A stretch of 63,340 nt of DNA, the filler included, from Octopus bimaculoides (taxonomy: Eukaryota), in NCBI RefSeq assembly GCF_001194135.2. It is 6 parts of 6 records of this genome, joined end to end, with 100 filler letters (N's around TTAATTAATTAA, not from the genome) between each part and the next. Parts side by side here need not be neighbours in the genome. Positions count along the whole stretch, not along the records: positions 45,564 to 63,340 come from NC_068994.1; 5 more parts are not named here. One strand, written 5' to 3'. Shown one piece after another: positions 61,976 through 63,340 of this stretch. The notes under the pieces are model-generated. The model saw only the letters and a list, made by a program, of their open reading frames with translations, was not told the DNA's origin and searched no databases. Position 1 is the first letter of the stretch. Every line of letters begins with the position of its first letter. Both the position numbers and the translations under genes were made by a program.

Positions 61976-62900
61976 ATACATACGTACACGACTATTGGAA
62001 AAGTATAAAGGGCAAATAAACTTGATAATCCTCTCTTCAGCCATTGAAACCCGACTCAAGCGTAGTTTCGGTGCATTTAAAGACCAGTATACACAGACAG
62101 GTTGTTAAAATAGATAGATAGATAAATAGATTGATTGATTGTTTGATTGACTGATTAGTCCATTTTGTAGATATATTTGGTTTTGTTTTTTTGCGGGGGG
62201 GTTTCTAGTTCTGGGTAAAATTCTAGTGTTTGTGGTTTCGTCTTTAATACCTCACAGCACTGGTCTTGTGACAAATGGAAGAAATCACTATGTATCTTAT
62301 TTCAATTCCAGTCGTCTGGCACTAGTGTGGGTTTGCAAAGCAATCTTGTTGTTACCGTTTCACTTCTACCACTGGGTGGCGCTGTTATTTCTTACCATCG
62401 CCTCCTAAATCCATCGACACGGGTTCTGTCATTTGTATCTGGTTTCTCTCTCTCTCTCTCTCTCTCTCTGTAGCGTGCGCTCACACACACGCACGCGCAC
62501 GCGTTATCTGACTCTCGCTCCCGTTCTCTCCCCTTTTCCTTCCACGTATATGTTTATGTTGGTGTATGTGTGTCTGTCTGTGTACGTACGTTCATTAAGT
62601 TTTTGCGCTTCCCGTCGTCGTCGTCGTCATCGTAATAGTAATAGTAGTAGTAGTAGTAGTAGTAGTAGTTCATGCTGTTATTCGTGATTGTTTATTGTAG
62701 ATTCCGTTGAATTTCTTATACTCATTCTTATCTTTTACGCTGCTGCTGTTGTTGTTGTTGTTGTTGTTGTTGCTGTAATTAATGTGGTTGTTTACTTTCT
62801 TCCTATTTCTTCGTCCACGTTTTTCATAACATAGCTGCTTGTCTTGTCTCAGTTGTTATTGTTGTTGTTGTGTTTGTGGTGTCATTGTAGCAGCAGCAAC

Positions 62901-62935
<35 letters not shown>

Positions 62936-63019
62936 CAGCAGCAGCAATAGTAGTAGCTATTTTTCTCGTCTTTGACTAGTGTTAATATGGTTAGTCCACA
63001 TTATTCCGTAAAGAGCACT

Positions 63020-63240
63020 GGGTCGACTTCCTGGTTTCTCCAACGCATAATATGTTCCTCCCTGGACGGCACACAGGTCCGTCGCAGGATTTACTCACTT
63101 TTCGCCAACTGAGTGGACTGGAGCAACATGAAAAGAAGTGTTTTACTCAAGAACACGATGCATCGCCCAATCCAGGAATCGAAACCACAGCCTTACGATC
63201 ATGAGTCCAACACCCTCACTACTAAGCCATGTGCCCCCCA
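63020..63240 (-). mobile_element. SINE family F, near complete
   Basis: Minus-strand head GCACATGGCTTAGTAGTGAGGGTGTTGGACTCATGATCG, centre TTCTTGAGTAAAACACTTC...GCTCCAGTCCACTCAGTTGG. Confidence 0.8.
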
Positions 63241-63340
63241 CTTATTTTTATTAAAGCAGTATTTAAATAAATGTGGCCAGTTTACAATATCACAAGAGCG
63301 TCGGATCCCTCCGCCCAGCCAAAAAAAAAAAAAAAAAAAA

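Noticed and set aside
63321-63340. Terminal poly(A) as a processed pseudogene or mRNA end
   Set aside because: It lies at the window edge with no upstream ORF or properly placed polyadenylation signal; cannot be interpreted.

Overview
AT-rich, microsatellite-dense animal genomic DNA. The SINE repertoire and repeat landscape suggest an octopus (inference, no database search). The window is not one contiguous locus: five identical 100-bp spacers (44 N + TTAATTAATTAA + 44 N) join six separate scaffold pieces (1-10245, 10346-20314, 20415-35186, 35287-39094, 39195-45463, 45564-63340), and there are further ordinary N gaps. The only recognisable protein-coding gene is a five-exon middle portion of SF3B3/SAP130 on the minus strand of the first piece (exons 9424-9519, 6748-6820, 3210-3361, 2859-3014, 469-624; all GT-AG and in phase). 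A canonical tRNA-Phe(GAA) lies at 39396-39468 (-). The rest is transposon debris: several tRNA-derived SINE families; R4/Dong-like, RTE, CR1-like and L1/Tx1 LINE fragments; mariner, maT, Merlin and hAT DNA transposons; a probable solo LTR; and Penelope-type terminal repeats. The most interesting unexplained signals are: (1) dispersed hammerhead-ribozyme-like motifs of the Penelope minimal/dimeric type, the best one with an unusually long fold-back helix II on the sense strand of an SF3B3 intron and another well-structured one at 59.25 kb; (2) a candidate 19/35-nt poison microexon in SF3B3; (3) a ~420-bp fold-back; (4) a perfect 23-bp hairpin. All RNA folds were paired by eye and no activity is demonstrated.
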